From the IMG/VR virus record IMGVR_UViG_3300017992_000022: a stretch of DNA of 64,000 nucleotides; one strand, written 5' to 3'. Of this stretch, positions 1 through 10,105 are shown piece by piece (within the stretch, counting starts at the first letter, position 1; each line of letters starts with the position of its first letter). Position numbers and translations under genes: made by a program. Under the pieces are notes generated by a model, which was not told where the DNA came from, ran no database searches, and saw only the letters and a list, made by a program, of their open reading frames with translations. The stretch comes from an uncultured virus (IMG/VR IMGVR_UViG_3300017992_000022) (Duplodnaviria > Heunggongvirae > Uroviricota > Caudoviricetes).

Positions 1-203
1 GGGATGAAACACAGACCTACAGAAAGTGGGTACGGCAGTACGGGCTGTAGAGACTTCCATACACCATGATGTGCAAAACCCCCTACGATCTTCCCATCCT
101 TCTTCTTGGTGCCGATTCTCTTGATCGTGCTTAGCACGACAAACGTGCAGAACGAGATCAACACGATTTGCCAACCCAAGAACATGTCTACGATCTTATC
201 CAT
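1..203 (-). CDS. Holin-like membrane protein (partial, runs off the window start)
   Basis: Manual translation MDKIVDMFLGWQIVLISFCTFVVLSTIKRIGTKKK...VLPYPLSVGLCFIP. GGGAG RBS; hydrophobic helix followed by a basic loop; lies directly after the tail fibre gene. Not in the ORF track. Confidence 0.5.
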   Translation of the reverse strand, partial: MDKIVDMFLGWQIVLISFCTFVVLSTIKRIGTKKKDGKIVGGFAHHGVWKSLQPVLPYPLSVGLCFI

Positions 204-229
204 GGCGTACTCCCTAATCCTAATGAGTC

Positions 230-3200
230 TTAAACATTGTTCTTGTTCAATGGATCGTTGTCAGAGGCAGTCTCGTAAAGATGCCCACCCCCAACAATGA
301 AGGTGGCTGCGCTTGTCATCACGTTCCCAATCACAGCTCCACCAGATCCAGACTGTACGGCAAAAGCGTGCCGGCCACAGTAATTCCCCATCACAACACA
401 CTCGTCTGCGTTAGTTCCGATAATGGAGTTGTATCCGCTAGCATCGTCTGCAGTCTCAGAATCTCCGCCGATCCAGTTTCCCATGACAATCGACGCGTCA
501 GCGTTGATCATGTCGATGGCGTAAAATTGATCCGGGCCGGCAGTTCCGTTGTCCCCATGGAACTTCAGGAAGTTGTTGCAGCACGAACAGTTGGCGTTTA
601 GCACAATGGCCTTGTAGTGCGCCAGCGTCGTCTTCCCGTCAACCAGGTCTTGGAAGATGTAGTTGCTGGAGACAACGATGTGCTCGACGGCGCAATTGAT
701 GATGGCCTGAACCGCGCTGCCGCCATCGTTGGACGAGCCGTAAGAGTCGACGAAAGAGTTCCCACTGATGACTCCGCTGCCCCCCATGTAGATGATGTTG
801 GAAGCAGTGTCTGCACTAGGATCGTCCCCGCACTCGACGAACGAGTTGTTGGAGATGATCAATCCTTCATAGTCTGTAGCGAAGTTCTGCACGTAGAGCG
901 TAGCAGAAGTGGACCCCTGACCCTTGCTGCCTCGGATCACATTTCCATCTACCGTCACGCCATAGGGCAAAACACTGCCAGACTCAGCGATGTGGATCGC
1001 CCTCCCTAGCCAACGTGTCCCGTCACCGAAGGAGTTCGAGCTCACCGTAACTCCACCGAACCCGGCAATGTAGAGGCACGCGAAACCAGCAGCGCTGACA
1101 CCGTCAAAGTGATTGCCGGAGAAAACGAAATGGTGGTCTGTAGAGACAGATCCCGAGTTGTGAAGGTACACGCCGTGCTCGTCAGCAGAACCGAAGTAGT
1201 TCCCGACAACACAAGACCCGTACAGCTTCTCCATGTAGATCCAGGTGTCCGGTTCTACAGATCTGGAAAACAAGTTGGCCTCGACGCGACACTGTCCAGC
1301 CTCTGCGTGGATAGCGTAACCAGAGCCAGTGTGTCCTGCGATGAAGACATTGTTCTCGATCAAACAGAAGTCGTCTTCGGTGTCGGTTCCCTGGTAGTGG
1401 ATGCAAGGCGTATCGTTAGGCGTGTAGTCCCAACTGTCGATGTAGTTGTTCCTGATTACAGCCGAGACGACGCCTCCAGTAGGGAAGAGCGCAAAGTACT
1501 CTTCGATGTAGTAGGCAAAGTTGCCTTCCACGTATACTCCACGGATGTCATTGTCCGTCAGCAGAAAGCTCGTGCAGTTGTACACGTGGTTCTTGGAAAT
1601 ACGTGTCCACGAATTCTGATGGAGGGAAACGCTGAGCTCGAGGGAGAACGGAACCAATACCGCGTTGAACGTGTTCCCTCTGGCGACGAGCTTCATCGTC
1701 GTATTGGCACCGGACATCTCGTCGAAGCTGATGCCCTTACCCGCAGTGAGGAAGTAGTTGTTCTCGAAGTTAAGAACAAACTCCCCAGACCCCGACGCGC
1801 GATAGGGAAGTACGCCGTCCGACGCGGTGTTGAGAATGAATACGTTTCCGTGAAGATGCGAGTTGTGCCCGACCCGCACGGCGTTGGTCACGTTGGCGTC
1901 ACCGATAAAGTAGCAGTCGTCAATCCAAAGACTGTCACCAACGTGGGTGATCAATCCGTCTGGGCGTGTCCCTCCCAAACCATTCGCGTCGATCACACAC
2001 TTCTCAATGTGTGTGAACGTCCACTTGCCAGTGGTGAGAGAGTCTAGCAAACCGCCAACGTTGTGCCCCGAAAGCGTACCGCAGTTGCGGATGTGGATGT
2101 ACCCTACGGCAGTGGAGTCCGCCAGAAACACCACCTTGTACGAATCGGTGCCCGCTTGAGCGAAAAAGATGTTCTCGAATCTGCTGCTAGATCCCGGCCG
2201 GTAGAAACAACTGACCTGGTTGTCTGCTCCAGACATGGAAGCAGCCACCATCGTCAGGTTCTTGAACACTACTTGGTTGAGACCACAGTCGATCGCGGAA
2301 ACAGTCTCGTCGTCGGTGGTGAAAATCTGGGACGTAGTCTGGTCGTCACCTTCGATGACGCAGCTACCGCGAATCACAAGCTGCGCAGCAGTCGCATCAA
2401 CAGCCCCAATGATCCTGATCCTAGGAGGAGCCGTGGTCGGCGTGAGACCAACAGAACGTATGAGCGTGATGAAGTCTAGAGCTTCTTGAAGACGGTTGTT
2501 GGCAAAGTCGCAGTCACCGACACCAACAGTGACCACCATGCCGTTTGTTCTGCCGTCGTGAAGACGACGCACGTCGTACTTTTGCACGAACGAGGCGCCG
2601 ATCCAGTAGTAGTAATACAACGGGATGTGCGCCATCGTGAGTGAGGCAGATGCTACTTCCTCGATCAGACCAGTTCCGGTATTGATCGCTAACCAACTTT
2701 GCTGACTATCTGTCGCGTTCAACGAATCTGCAGCGACGACGATACGGTCACCGTTGGGGGAGATGTAATACATCTCAGCCCAAGAGATCTCTCCCGTGGC
2801 GTCGGTGAAAGTGATGGAGGCGTTATTCAACAACCCCATACCCACGGCGCCGTTCAAAACTGCCGTCTTACTGTTGAGAGACGTCAGGACAGAAGTGTGA
2901 TCTCCTCCCAGGGCAGAATCCCCATCATTCAGTGACAAGTACCCGCCGAGGTGAGTGTCCCTGAACTGAACCTCGTTGGAGGAAAGCAAATTGAGGTGTG
3001 CAGGAGAAGCCCCAGTAGCCTCGAGGGTGAGCGCCACCCCGCTAGCACCCCTAACGCGCTCCACTACATCCAAGAGGTTATTGTCGAGATCGAAGTTCCC
3101 TGTAGCCTTCCTGCTACCGTCTTTCAAGAAAGACCCAGCGTGGATCTCTCCAACAGATCGACAGAATCCGCGGAACCACGAGTCGCGAACATTTGTGTCT

Positions 3201-3787
3201 GTCGTGAGCTCGTCCAACGTAGCGGCCCGACCGAAAGCCAACCAGACAACGGTCCCGTCAGGAATGGTGTAGTTCGCGCCCAGCGCCCCCGTGACGGGAT
3301 CTACCTTTCTGAAGGTAACGATAGGGTTGGTAGAGAACCCAGACCCGACCTGGCTGACGCTGAGAGCGTCTTTGATTTCCCGGACTACGATCTTGTCTCC
3401 GGTCGTTGGGTCGATCAGATCGTTGTACTTCTCATCCAGTACACTGATCAAAGAATCACGGACACTTTGATCTTCGGGGGTGTAGAATGTGTCTCCGCAC
3501 CACACATCGGCAGAAAACGTGTACTCGTCGCCGTTTCCTCCCGCAGGAGTGAAAGTGACAAAGTCCGGGCGGGCGATCTGTTCCTCCATCCGCTCCTGGA
3601 TGTACTCGTCGTTCTTACCGAGGGCATAGAGCCCTCTGTTGACCGCCGAAGAGAGACCGTCCTCTCCAAACTCTACTGCGCGACTTCCGGCTGCCCCGGG
3701 GGAGTCTGCGGCAACAACTTGAGGCGAGCCCGGGTAGAAGAGATCTCCCGCGCTACTGTCACCAAGAGGATGTGGAAGGTTGGACAT
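230..3787 (-). CDS. Tail fibre/tailspike with C-terminal right-handed beta-helix (pectin-lyase-like) region
   Basis: 1185 aa. Many (I/V)xxNxF rungs in the C-terminal half, preceded by VTVGVGDCDF...LQEALD. Sits at the end of the baseplate module. Confidence 0.75.
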   Translation of the reverse strand: MSNLPHPLGDSSAGDLFYPGSPQVVAADSPGAAGSRAVEFGEDGLSSAVNRGLYALGKNDEYIQERMEEQIARPDFVTFTPAGGNGDEYTFSADVWCGDTFYTPEDQSVRDSLISVLDEKYNDLIDPTTGDKIVVREIKDALSVSQVGSGFSTNPIVTFRKVDPVTGALGANYTIPDGTVVWLAFGRAATLDELTTDTNVRDSWFRGFCRSVGEIHAGSFLKDGSRKATGNFDLDNNLLDVVERVRGASGVALTLEATGASPAHLNLLSSNEVQFRDTHLGGYLSLNDGDSALGGDHTSVLTSLNSKTAVLNGAVGMGLLNNASITFTDATGEISWAEMYYISPNGDRIVVAADSLNATDSQQSWLAINTGTGLIEEVASASLTMAHIPLYYYYWIGASFVQKYDVRRLHDGRTNGMVVTVGVGDCDFANNRLQEALDFITLIRSVGLTPTTAPPRIRIIGAVDATAAQLVIRGSCVIEGDDQTTSQIFTTDDETVSAIDCGLNQVVFKNLTMVAASMSGADNQVSCFYRPGSSSRFENIFFAQAGTDSYKVVFLADSTAVGYIHIRNCGTLSGHNVGGLLDSLTTGKWTFTHIEKCVIDANGLGGTRPDGLITHVGDSLWIDDCYFIGDANVTNAVRVGHNSHLHGNVFILNTASDGVLPYRASGSGEFVLNFENNYFLTAGKGISFDEMSGANTTMKLVARGNTFNAVLVPFSLELSVSLHQNSWTRISKNHVYNCTSFLLTDNDIRGVYVEGNFAYYIEEYFALFPTGGVVSAVIRNNYIDSWDYTPNDTPCIHYQGTDTEDDFCLIENNVFIAGHTGSGYAIHAEAGQCRVEANLFSRSVEPDTWIYMEKLYGSCVVGNYFGSADEHGVYLHNSGSVSTDHHFVFSGNHFDGVSAAGFACLYIAGFGGVTVSSNSFGDGTRWLGRAIHIAESGSVLPYGVTVDGNVIRGSKGQGSTSATLYVQNFATDYEGLIISNNSFVECGDDPSADTASNIIYMGGSGVISGNSFVDSYGSSNDGGSAVQAIINCAVEHIVVSSNYIFQDLVDGKTTLAHYKAIVLNANCSCCNNFLKFHGDNGTAGPDQFYAIDMINADASIVMGNWIGGDSETADDASGYNSIIGTNADECVVMGNYCGRHAFAVQSGSGGAVIGNVMTSAATFIVGGGHLYETASDNDPLNKNNV

Positions 3788-3799
3788 CTGTCTCTCCTA

Positions 3800-4522
3800 T
3801 CAGAACCTAAGTTCCCACCGGATCTCGAGTGAGAAAGAAGTTGTTTTCGGGATCGCCTCGAAGGTGTTATAGGCCACCAACTGTTGTCTTCCGGCACCCA
3901 CATAGCTAGGTGGGTTACCGGCGTCATAGACGTTAGCGGCTTCTGGATCTTGGGTAGCTATGAACAGACCGACTTCTGAAAGGGGGACCACTGAGTAGGA
4001 GGGAACGTTCGCCTCGTTAACGTCGGTGGTATCGAACAGGTGGTCAAACCGAACTGTGCGGCTGCTGTTCAGAAACGTGACGGGTGTGATCACTGGAGCG
4101 AGCCACGTGTAAGGGTTTGCATCCAAGTTGATCTTCACGGGACGCTCAAGGTGCGTTACCGTGAGGTCGTCATCTGATTGGGCGTTACCCGTATTACCGG
4201 GAACCCCAGATGGGTCTGCTGGAGGGTAGTCAGTACTGAGCGGTGACGCGTACGCTGAAGGATGCGTTTGGCTATCCCCGCCGATACCCACTCCCATGAA
4301 TTTGATGAACTCTCTGTTGCCGGCGCTCTCAGCGTAGTGGTCGTCCAGAGCAGTATTCGGCGCCACTACACGAGCTAGATACTCTCGACCGAGATCTACC
4401 CAGATATTGTGAGAGTGTCGGCAATGACGAGGGACAATCTTCCCGCGTTCTCGCGCAGTGATTGTCACGTTAGCCGGGATCAAAAGCCCCTTTGGTTTTA
4501 GCGGGTAGTCTCGAAGTTTCAT
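3800..4522 (-). CDS. Baseplate/tail-fibre attachment protein
   Basis: HNIWVDLGREYLA, MGVGIGG, LSEVGLF and AYNTFEAIPKT..LEIRWELRF resemble tail-collar-type proteins; context agrees. Confidence 0.6.
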   Translation of the reverse strand: MKLRDYPLKPKGLLIPANVTITARERGKIVPRHCRHSHNIWVDLGREYLARVVAPNTALDDHYAESAGNREFIKFMGVGIGGDSQTHPSAYASPLSTDYPPADPSGVPGNTGNAQSDDDLTVTHLERPVKINLDANPYTWLAPVITPVTFLNSSRTVRFDHLFDTTDVNEANVPSYSVVPLSEVGLFIATQDPEAANVYDAGNPPSYVGAGRQQLVAYNTFEAIPKTTSFSLEIRWELRF

Positions 4523-4571
4523 TGCTTTCTCCGGAACCAGTCTATGATCTCTTCACCGCAAAGACAAGTGT

Positions 4572-7500
4572 CTACAATACCTTGCCACGCGTGTACCACC
4601 CAGCTGAATATGGAGTGTCGAACTGAATGGTCCCTACCGGCGTTCCGTACGGTCCTCCGCTGGGTGGAGGAGATCCCAAAGGCCCGGACAAAGGAACAAC
4701 GTCACCCCCGCCACCATCGTCAAACGCCCAAAGCCAGTCAAAAGGAAAGACCCCTCCAGCCCAGTAGGCGCTCAAAATACCGGTGATCTCCATGTCTGGG
4801 CACAGAGCCTTCTTGTCGTAGAGGAACTCAGGTTTGGCACTACCACCGTGCGGAACCCCGTCAAAAGCCCAGTTGTAGTTACCCGACTCGTCCGTGTCGT
4901 CAAACCTGTACGCTCCCCCAGACCCTTGGTCTGTGATCTGTTTGGCGCAAGCCGGATGGTCATACAGGTAAAGCGTGCCCAGCTTCTCCAGGATATCTGG
5001 ATCTGTGACACTGATGGTGTCCCCGGGCACTCGTTTGAAGACGACCCACATAGGGAACGTGTAGCTAGGCTTGATCTTTTTGACGAAGTCTATGGCCAGA
5101 ACCAAGTTCGCAATGCTGAACACGTCTATGTCAGCACGTACCAAAAAGCGGAAAAACTTGTCCACTTCTAGGAACACACCCTGTCCGTGATACCCCAACC
5201 ACCAATCCGGGTCGTTTATCCAATCCAGGAGCTCGACACCTTGAGAGAGTGGTGAGAACTGATCTACGGTGTCTCCGACCTGGTACGGTTCCCCCGTGGA
5301 GGGATTGTCCGCGATCATCGAGACGCCGTCTTCCTCAAAGTTGGCATTTCGAGGGATGAAGTAAGACCGTACAACTGCGTCGTCCGCACTATCTTGGATC
5401 AACATGCGGATGTAGTTGGCGTTGTACGTCTCGTTGATATCGGTGACTACTCCATCCACTTCAGCGAAGGGAAGGCCTAACAGGATTTGGATCCCTACCC
5501 TGACGCTCCACAATGACGGACCATTGAAGAAGGCGTACCACAACCCTCTCACCGCGGATAGGTAGTCCAGATCGTCCGAGCTCTCCTCCATGTGCTCGAT
5601 CAAGAACCCAATCGGCTTACCGTAGTTGTCCTCGATCATCGGTTTATTGTCGAGGAACGTTTGCTCCGCCCACAAGATATCCGGTGGCGGGTCGTCGAAG
5701 CTGTACAAGTCTTCACGGAAATGTATCCCGCGCACGCCATCACTGTTAGTGCTGATGGTGTAATCCCGATTCTCCGATAAGAACTCTGGAGGGTCTAGGA
5801 TGATTTCTTGTAGCCGCGGAATGCGCTCTACCAACTCATTCACTGGAATTGAGCTGACACGCTGCACACCGTGCAACGCGACATCGTACGAGGAGATGCT
5901 GCCTCCCGTGGCTTCGAACAACGGCCGCGCGTCGAATCCGATCTTTTTGTTTCTTACCCCGAGGACCTCGCACAGCACTTTGGTCGACGGGTCAGCGGCA
6001 CTAGCCCTAACTTCCAAGATCAAGATGTCACCGACCGTGACTAACCTATCAGTGAAATCGGAGTTCACGGCCTCTACGGTCGAACAAACTTCCCAAGACT
6101 TACCGATCCCTTCCGTCAAATCTTGGCTGGCCGTGAGTTGATCTGTGCCAGCCACCTTCTTTATCTCGTAACCCGCACCGTCAAAGGACAAGACGCTGTT
6201 CTTTGAAGCGAACGACGAGAAGTCCACCAGTGGGTCACTGGCCTTAAACGCGGTAAGCTGCGGATTGCTTGGATCGTGAACAGGATCGCTTTCCCCGTCC
6301 GTCCCACTGAGAGAGTTCTGGGTATCGTTCTCCGTGTCAAACCCCATCGTGCCATTAGCTGTACCGTCCTTGCTCACGACGAGCAGGCCGGAGTAGCTCA
6401 GTACCAGGTAGTCCACGCCTCCGCTGTTGACCAAAGAAGCAGTCTTCGAGTACGCAGCCTCCTCGCCTAGATCTAGATTGATCTTGTCTACTATCTCTTG
6501 CGCGGTCATCGCCCCCGAGAGGGTGACCGTCACTTCGTCCCCGCCATCCTTAGAGATCAACAAAGTTTCGTCGCTAGCGAACGTCTTCCCGCCGTCGATA
6601 TCCTTCACGACAGTCCCCCGCACTATCGTAAGCGTGATGTCGTCTCTATCCTCTTGCGGCTCGGTGTACAACGTACGGTAGTCGAGCCACCGACGTTGAA
6701 ACTGTCGCTGGATATCCACCAGGCTCTTAGCGTAGTCCAGCTGCCAAGCTGTCAACAAAATGTTGGAGGCGACTTGTGCGAACCCAGACCACATGGTCGT
6801 GATTGGATCTCGGTCATCGAAGAGGTTCCAGGCGTCGGAGAGGTAATCCCAGATGAAGTTCACATCGGGGACATAACCGAAAGCGACGTTACTGGGAGCG
6901 ATGTTCGTCAGACCCTGCGCAGGCAGGCTGTCTAGACTCCCATCGTTCACGACCAGTTGTAGTCCGTACAGCCCCTCCACATCCGGAATGGCTGTGGGGG
7001 AAGGGGCGGTTGGGTCGTTGTAGAACGTGTCGGAGAAGTAGAGGTCCCAGGTTTGATCAGACAAATTGATCGGCAATGCGTCCAGTGTGACACGCAGCTT
7101 GTTGTTATCCCAACCTCCTCCTCGCTCGTACTTCCCGGTCGTCGCGTTGAGGGTCCAATCGGTGTCATCCACGATATACTGGCTATCGCCGACGACTAAA
7201 ATGTCTCCTGGCTGTAAGCTGGGAGAGTTATCCACACTCCACGGCTCCCCCGTCTCTTCGAACCAAGCCGTGAAATCATCCCCGTCTAGATCGTCAACCG
7301 TGAAACCACCCGATCCACTTTGCCGATAGCTCGAGCCATCGGGAGCAGCGAAAAGCGTCCATCGATAAGTGAGGGGTTCACCTTCCGGGTCGTAGCTCGC
7401 CGTACCATCCAACGCAATGATGGAGCCCAGAACCGCAGTTTGGTCTCTGCCTGTGTCCGCAATCGGTTTTTGGTTAGGCACAACGAGCTCAAGACAGTTG

Positions 7501-8147
7501 CACCGGAGCTCATCGAACTTGATCAAAGTCGTGCTGCCAGCGTTACCCAATATCTCGATCCTGGCGCTGTCTGGAGTGCCCGCCGGGGTAATTGGTGCGG
7601 CTGTGGTGTAACGAAGTTGGTGACCTGTGACGTCTACCTCGTCAGACTTCGTGACGTATAGATCCATCACGTTGTTTTCGCCGTCCACGACCATGCGCAG
7701 GGTGTAGTAGTCGTCACCCTCAAGAATGATGTTTTGGCTGCCCGCTATCGGCATAACGGTGTTACCGAAAGAGGAGACAATCGCCAGACCAGCCTGAGAG
7801 ATCAAGATTCCCCCAGCATTGTCTTGCGCGTCAAACACAGCGATGAAGAAACGGCTTTGGGTCAAGTCGTCGAGATTGGTGGGCAACGACGTAGGCTTGA
7901 ACGTAGTCTCGAAAGTGAACTTTTGCCCGATCGGCAAAGACATCGTCAGAATCGTAGCGATGGAATCATCGCTCATGAGGACTAGGTCGTTGTTTCCGTC
8001 GAGCGTCAACCATGGAGAACCTCTACTAGCTGTCACATCAGACAGCAGGAGGATATTCCCCATCTGCGCTCCGCCGATATCCATACAGGGCCAATCGGCA
8101 CTGACCGGCATGGAGACTGTGGTTGTGAACGAATAGGTAGCCATCAC
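4572..8147 (-). CDS. Large baseplate wedge-type structural protein with an interrupted PKD domain
   Basis: PKD signature PIADTG..IALDGTASYDPEGEPLTYRW...GLYGLQLVVNDG; C-terminal VKKIKPSYTF resembles wedge (gpI-like) proteins. Confidence 0.6.
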   Translation of the reverse strand: MMATYSFTTTVSMPVSADWPCMDIGGAQMGNILLLSDVTASRGSPWLTLDGNNDLVLMSDDSIATILTMSLPIGQKFTFETTFKPTSLPTNLDDLTQSRFFIAVFDAQDNAGGILISQAGLAIVSSFGNTVMPIAGSQNIILEGDDYYTLRMVVDGENNVMDLYVTKSDEVDVTGHQLRYTTAAPITPAGTPDSARIEILGNAGSTTLIKFDELRCNCLELVVPNQKPIADTGRDQTAVLGSIIALDGTASYDPEGEPLTYRWTLFAAPDGSSYRQSGSGGFTVDDLDGDDFTAWFEETGEPWSVDNSPSLQPGDILVVGDSQYIVDDTDWTLNATTGKYERGGGWDNNKLRVTLDALPINLSDQTWDLYFSDTFYNDPTAPSPTAIPDVEGLYGLQLVVNDGSLDSLPAQGLTNIAPSNVAFGYVPDVNFIWDYLSDAWNLFDDRDPITTMWSGFAQVASNILLTAWQLDYAKSLVDIQRQFQRRWLDYRTLYTEPQEDRDDITLTIVRGTVVKDIDGGKTFASDETLLISKDGGDEVTVTLSGAMTAQEIVDKINLDLGEEAAYSKTASLVNSGGVDYLVLSYSGLLVVSKDGTANGTMGFDTENDTQNSLSGTDGESDPVHDPSNPQLTAFKASDPLVDFSSFASKNSVLSFDGAGYEIKKVAGTDQLTASQDLTEGIGKSWEVCSTVEAVNSDFTDRLVTVGDILILEVRASAADPSTKVLCEVLGVRNKKIGFDARPLFEATGGSISSYDVALHGVQRVSSIPVNELVERIPRLQEIILDPPEFLSENRDYTISTNSDGVRGIHFREDLYSFDDPPPDILWAEQTFLDNKPMIEDNYGKPIGFLIEHMEESSDDLDYLSAVRGLWYAFFNGPSLWSVRVGIQILLGLPFAEVDGVVTDINETYNANYIRMLIQDSADDAVVRSYFIPRNANFEEDGVSMIADNPSTGEPYQVGDTVDQFSPLSQGVELLDWINDPDWWLGYHGQGVFLEVDKFFRFLVRADIDVFSIANLVLAIDFVKKIKPSYTFPMWVVFKRVPGDTISVTDPDILEKLGTLYLYDHPACAKQITDQGSGGAYRFDDTDESGNYNWAFDGVPHGGSAKPEFLYDKKALCPDMEITGILSAYWAGGVFPFDWLWAFDDGGGGDVVPLSGPLGSPPPSGGPYGTPVGTIQFDTPYSAGWYTRGKVL

Positions 8148-10096
8148 AACCTCGTCGGGTTCCCGTCGGGATCTTGTCCGGTCACCCTAACGAAAACCGT
8201 AGTAGCTAAGTCGAAGTCCACCACGGGATCTATGACCACTTTGTACCCACCAGCGACAGACGTCTTGGCAGAGGAAGGGCCATCAAACCCCGGCTTGAAC
8301 TGGGGGCTGCCTCCTTCTTCGAAGGCCAATTCGAACCCTGCTCCCCTATCCACCTCAACAGTGAGTCCTGCATCTATGCTCTGCGCGTCAGTGACATTGA
8401 CCTCTATCACTGCATCGACAGCTACGCCCGACTCTCCCGCAATCGGGTCCACGGGGGTTACCAGCGGGCCGAGATAGTCCACCACACGCCATGACCATGT
8501 CGTGGCGCCAAGATTGCCCTCGTTATCTTCCGCTGATACTTCTACTGTAACCCACTCGTACTCGTCGTAGTCGGTAGTCTTGTCGATGACGACATCGAAT
8601 CCGTTACTACCGTTAGCGGAGATCGAACTACCCACCCCATCGAATCCAGTCTGGACTACACCGTTAATGATCGCGTCCACGCCTCCGATGGACATATTGA
8701 TCGTACTCTGGACTACCCCCGTTCCCCCAACGTCATTGACGGAAACTGACACGTTGGAGGTCTCTACGTTCCCCGTAGAGCTGGGAGCGGGAAGCTTGTT
8801 GGTGAATGTGGGCGCTGTGACGTCTTCTTCTGTTTCGAAGTAGTAGGACGTGTTCAGCGTATTAGCCGCTGCGCTCAAGTCCTTGGCAACTACGTCGATA
8901 TCTATCTGTGTGTCGAAAGGAAAGTCTACGTCGGGGTTAAGGGTGTACTGATACCCATCCGCTACGACGGACTTAGATCCCGCGAAACCGGCGGCTGGAG
9001 CGTCTCCGGTCCACGCCACGGACCCCTCAATGGTGATGACGGTCTCCGCGGGATCTACCCCGGACGGGTCCACGATTTCCAGAACCACGTTACTAGAGAT
9101 CAACACTCCAGTATCCAGGTGGTCCGGCACCAAGTTCTGGAGCGTGGGTGCTTCGTAGTCCCTTACCGCAAATCCCCACACCAGTTGTGTGGCTGAATTT
9201 CCCTCATTATCGTCGCAGTCGACCCGTACAATCACGGAGTCAAGGGAACCGAAGTCAGAAGTTGGATCTATTACGACATCGTAGCCGTCAAAAGCGTTAG
9301 GGGTTATCGAGCTACTTCCCCCATCCCATCCAGTCTGAAACGCCCCGTTGATGATTGCATCCACCTCTCCGCCGCCGTTGATCTCTATAGTGGCGTTGAT
9401 CGTGGATGAGTCCACACCAGATCCACCAACATCTTTCGTGGAGAAAGATACGTTGGTTCCCTCGGCTACGTCTGTGCCTGTGGGGGACTGGGTGTCGATC
9501 GTGGGGTCGACGAGATCCTCAATGAAGAAGCTCCACGTCTCATTCCCCGAAGGATTGCCAGCCAAGTCGGAGCAGCTGGCTACCACCTCTACCTCATCGT
9601 ACGAAGAGAAGCTTCCCGTCGGGTCGATGACCACATCATAGCCGTCGAAAGCGTTAGCAGAGATAGAACTCCCCGGCCCGTCCCATCCCGCTTGGAACAC
9701 ACCGTTGATGATCGCGTCAGCAGCGCCGCCACCGTCGATCTCTACAGTGGCATTGATCGTATCCTGGTCCACCCCCTGACCGTCTACGTCCTTCGTAGAG
9801 AACGAGATGTTTGTCGAGACAGAGTTCTCGGAAGAAGAATCGGCAGGAAAGAGAGTGTCGATTATCGGCGGAGTGACATCTAAAAGTATGTCCCGCCAAC
9901 CGTAGATACTCCCAGGCGTGACTTGCGGACCATCCGAAGCAAAGCCTTCAGGATTGGGGGCAGCTGCCCCACTTGCCCACTCCCCGGGGACATAATCTTG
10001 ATCTGATGCGGTTCCTGTCGGGTTTGGTTCACTTACCCCGTCAACCCATTCCCCGGGGCTGTAATTCTGCGGACTAGCGAACCCGTCTCTAGACAT
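8144..10096 (-). CDS. Virion protein with about five tandem Ig-like domains
   Basis: Recurrent D..(P/A)P.I...P, GVD..TI, DGYDVVIDP and D..GN motifs about every 120 aa; strongly acidic. Confidence 0.65.
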   Translation of the reverse strand: MSRDGFASPQNYSPGEWVDGVSEPNPTGTASDQDYVPGEWASGAAAPNPEGFASDGPQVTPGSIYGWRDILLDVTPPIIDTLFPADSSSENSVSTNISFSTKDVDGQGVDQDTINATVEIDGGGAADAIINGVFQAGWDGPGSSISANAFDGYDVVIDPTGSFSSYDEVEVVASCSDLAGNPSGNETWSFFIEDLVDPTIDTQSPTGTDVAEGTNVSFSTKDVGGSGVDSSTINATIEINGGGEVDAIINGAFQTGWDGGSSSITPNAFDGYDVVIDPTSDFGSLDSVIVRVDCDDNEGNSATQLVWGFAVRDYEAPTLQNLVPDHLDTGVLISSNVVLEIVDPSGVDPAETVITIEGSVAWTGDAPAAGFAGSKSVVADGYQYTLNPDVDFPFDTQIDIDVVAKDLSAAANTLNTSYYFETEEDVTAPTFTNKLPAPSSTGNVETSNVSVSVNDVGGTGVVQSTINMSIGGVDAIINGVVQTGFDGVGSSISANGSNGFDVVIDKTTDYDEYEWVTVEVSAEDNEGNLGATTWSWRVVDYLGPLVTPVDPIAGESGVAVDAVIEVNVTDAQSIDAGLTVEVDRGAGFELAFEEGGSPQFKPGFDGPSSAKTSVAGGYKVVIDPVVDFDLATTVFVRVTGQDPDGNPTRL

Positions 10097-10105
10097 GAAT
10101 CAAAC

